A stretch of DNA of 64,000 bases from positions 7,380,001-7,444,000 of the forward strand of contig NC_086109.1 of assembly GCF_963921235.1 (NCBI RefSeq), given 5' to 3'. The position numbers and the translations under genes were made by a program. Below, one piece after another: positions 63,004 through 64,000 of this stretch (position 1 is its first letter; each line of letters begins with the position of its first letter). Below the pieces are notes generated by a model that saw only the letters and a list, made by a program, of their open reading frames with translations, was not told where the DNA came from and ran no database searches. Source of the DNA: Mobula hypostoma. Taxonomy: Eukaryota.

Positions 63004-64000
63004 GTAAACAGAAGAGATTCTGCAGGTGCTGGAAATCCGCAACAACAAGCACAGAATGCTGGAGGAACTCAGCAGGTCAGGCAGCATCTATAAACAGCTG
63101 ATGTTTCAGCCGAGACCCTTCAAGGCTCTCATGGATACAGCCCTGCTGAGTTCCTCCAGCATTTTGTGGGTGTTGATCTACAAGAGTTGGTGCCTCAGGA
63201 AGATGAACTGCGATCACTCAAGCCATGCCCTCTGCTTGATCCTGCCATCAGGCAAGAGGTACAGGAGCCGTAACCAATTTCCCCCAGGATCACTAAAGCA
63301 TGACTATGACTATGACTTAAGACCCACACCTCAAGGTCCAACAACAGCTTCTTCCCCACTGCCAGCAGGTTCTGAAAATCCCTAGTTCCATGTCGTACTG
63401 CATTTCCCTCAACTCGGACTAATATTGCTATGTTTTGTTTTGTTTATTCTGTTGTGTCAATGATGTATAATTTATGTTAATTTAGGTTTCTGTTATGTTT
63501 GTCATGTCTGTAATGTACCAAGCAGATGCTGCGAATACTAACATTCATGGCATTTATACTAAGGGTTCAATAGGCCTGAATTTGACCTTGGAAATTCCTT
63601 TGTGTGTGAAGATCAGGAGACCTGGGAGAACCTCCTCCTCGCCACAGTGGTCATGGGGCATTCACCCGACTGTCCGAGGCTGCCGGTTCACTCCCAGCGG
63701 TGTAGCTCCAGGCTGAGATCAGCCGGGGATTATGCACTCATTTTGTAGTCTGCAACTGTCTTTTTTCCCGTTCACAGAACCTGGAACTTGTCAAGAAGAA
63801 ACATTAACGAGAAAACTGTGTGGGTGTTAATCTTGGTTATATAACACAGCGCCACTAGATCACAACAGTCAAATCAGTTTGTCCAGGAGTTACTTTGACT
63901 GAAATGAAAAGAGCACTAGGACTGCCAGAAATAACTTCACTGAGGAAAAAGTGAAGATTTAGGGTCTAATTTTACTACGTGAGGGGTGTACCAGGGTTGG

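Overview
Repeat-saturated vertebrate genomic DNA with no recognisable host protein-coding gene, rRNA, true tRNA or CRISPR array. The repeat mix (CR1 and Rex1/Babar LINEs, Penelope-like elements, RTE-derived and tRNA-derived SINEs, Tc1 and hAT derivatives, solo LTRs) suggests a cartilaginous fish, probably a ray; that is inference, not a database match. The long ORFs I could recognise are retroelement RT/endonuclease or transposase remnants. The most notable structures are: (1) Penelope-derived fold-back elements carrying minimal hammerhead ribozyme motifs, one with an intact core at 32559-32596(-); (2) a 44-bp B-box-like minisatellite with higher-order structure (46833-50118) inside a composite retroposon, invaded by a hAT element with a 6-bp TSD and a solo LTR; (3) a CpG-rich CCAAT island near 9.9 kb heading a chain of minus-strand splice sites, with one candidate exon resembling a beta-connexin N-terminus; (4) a 70-bp tandem repeat of FOX and AP-2 motifs. 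Boundaries of decayed repeats are approximate, family names come from recalled motifs, and many small decayed fragments are not listed.
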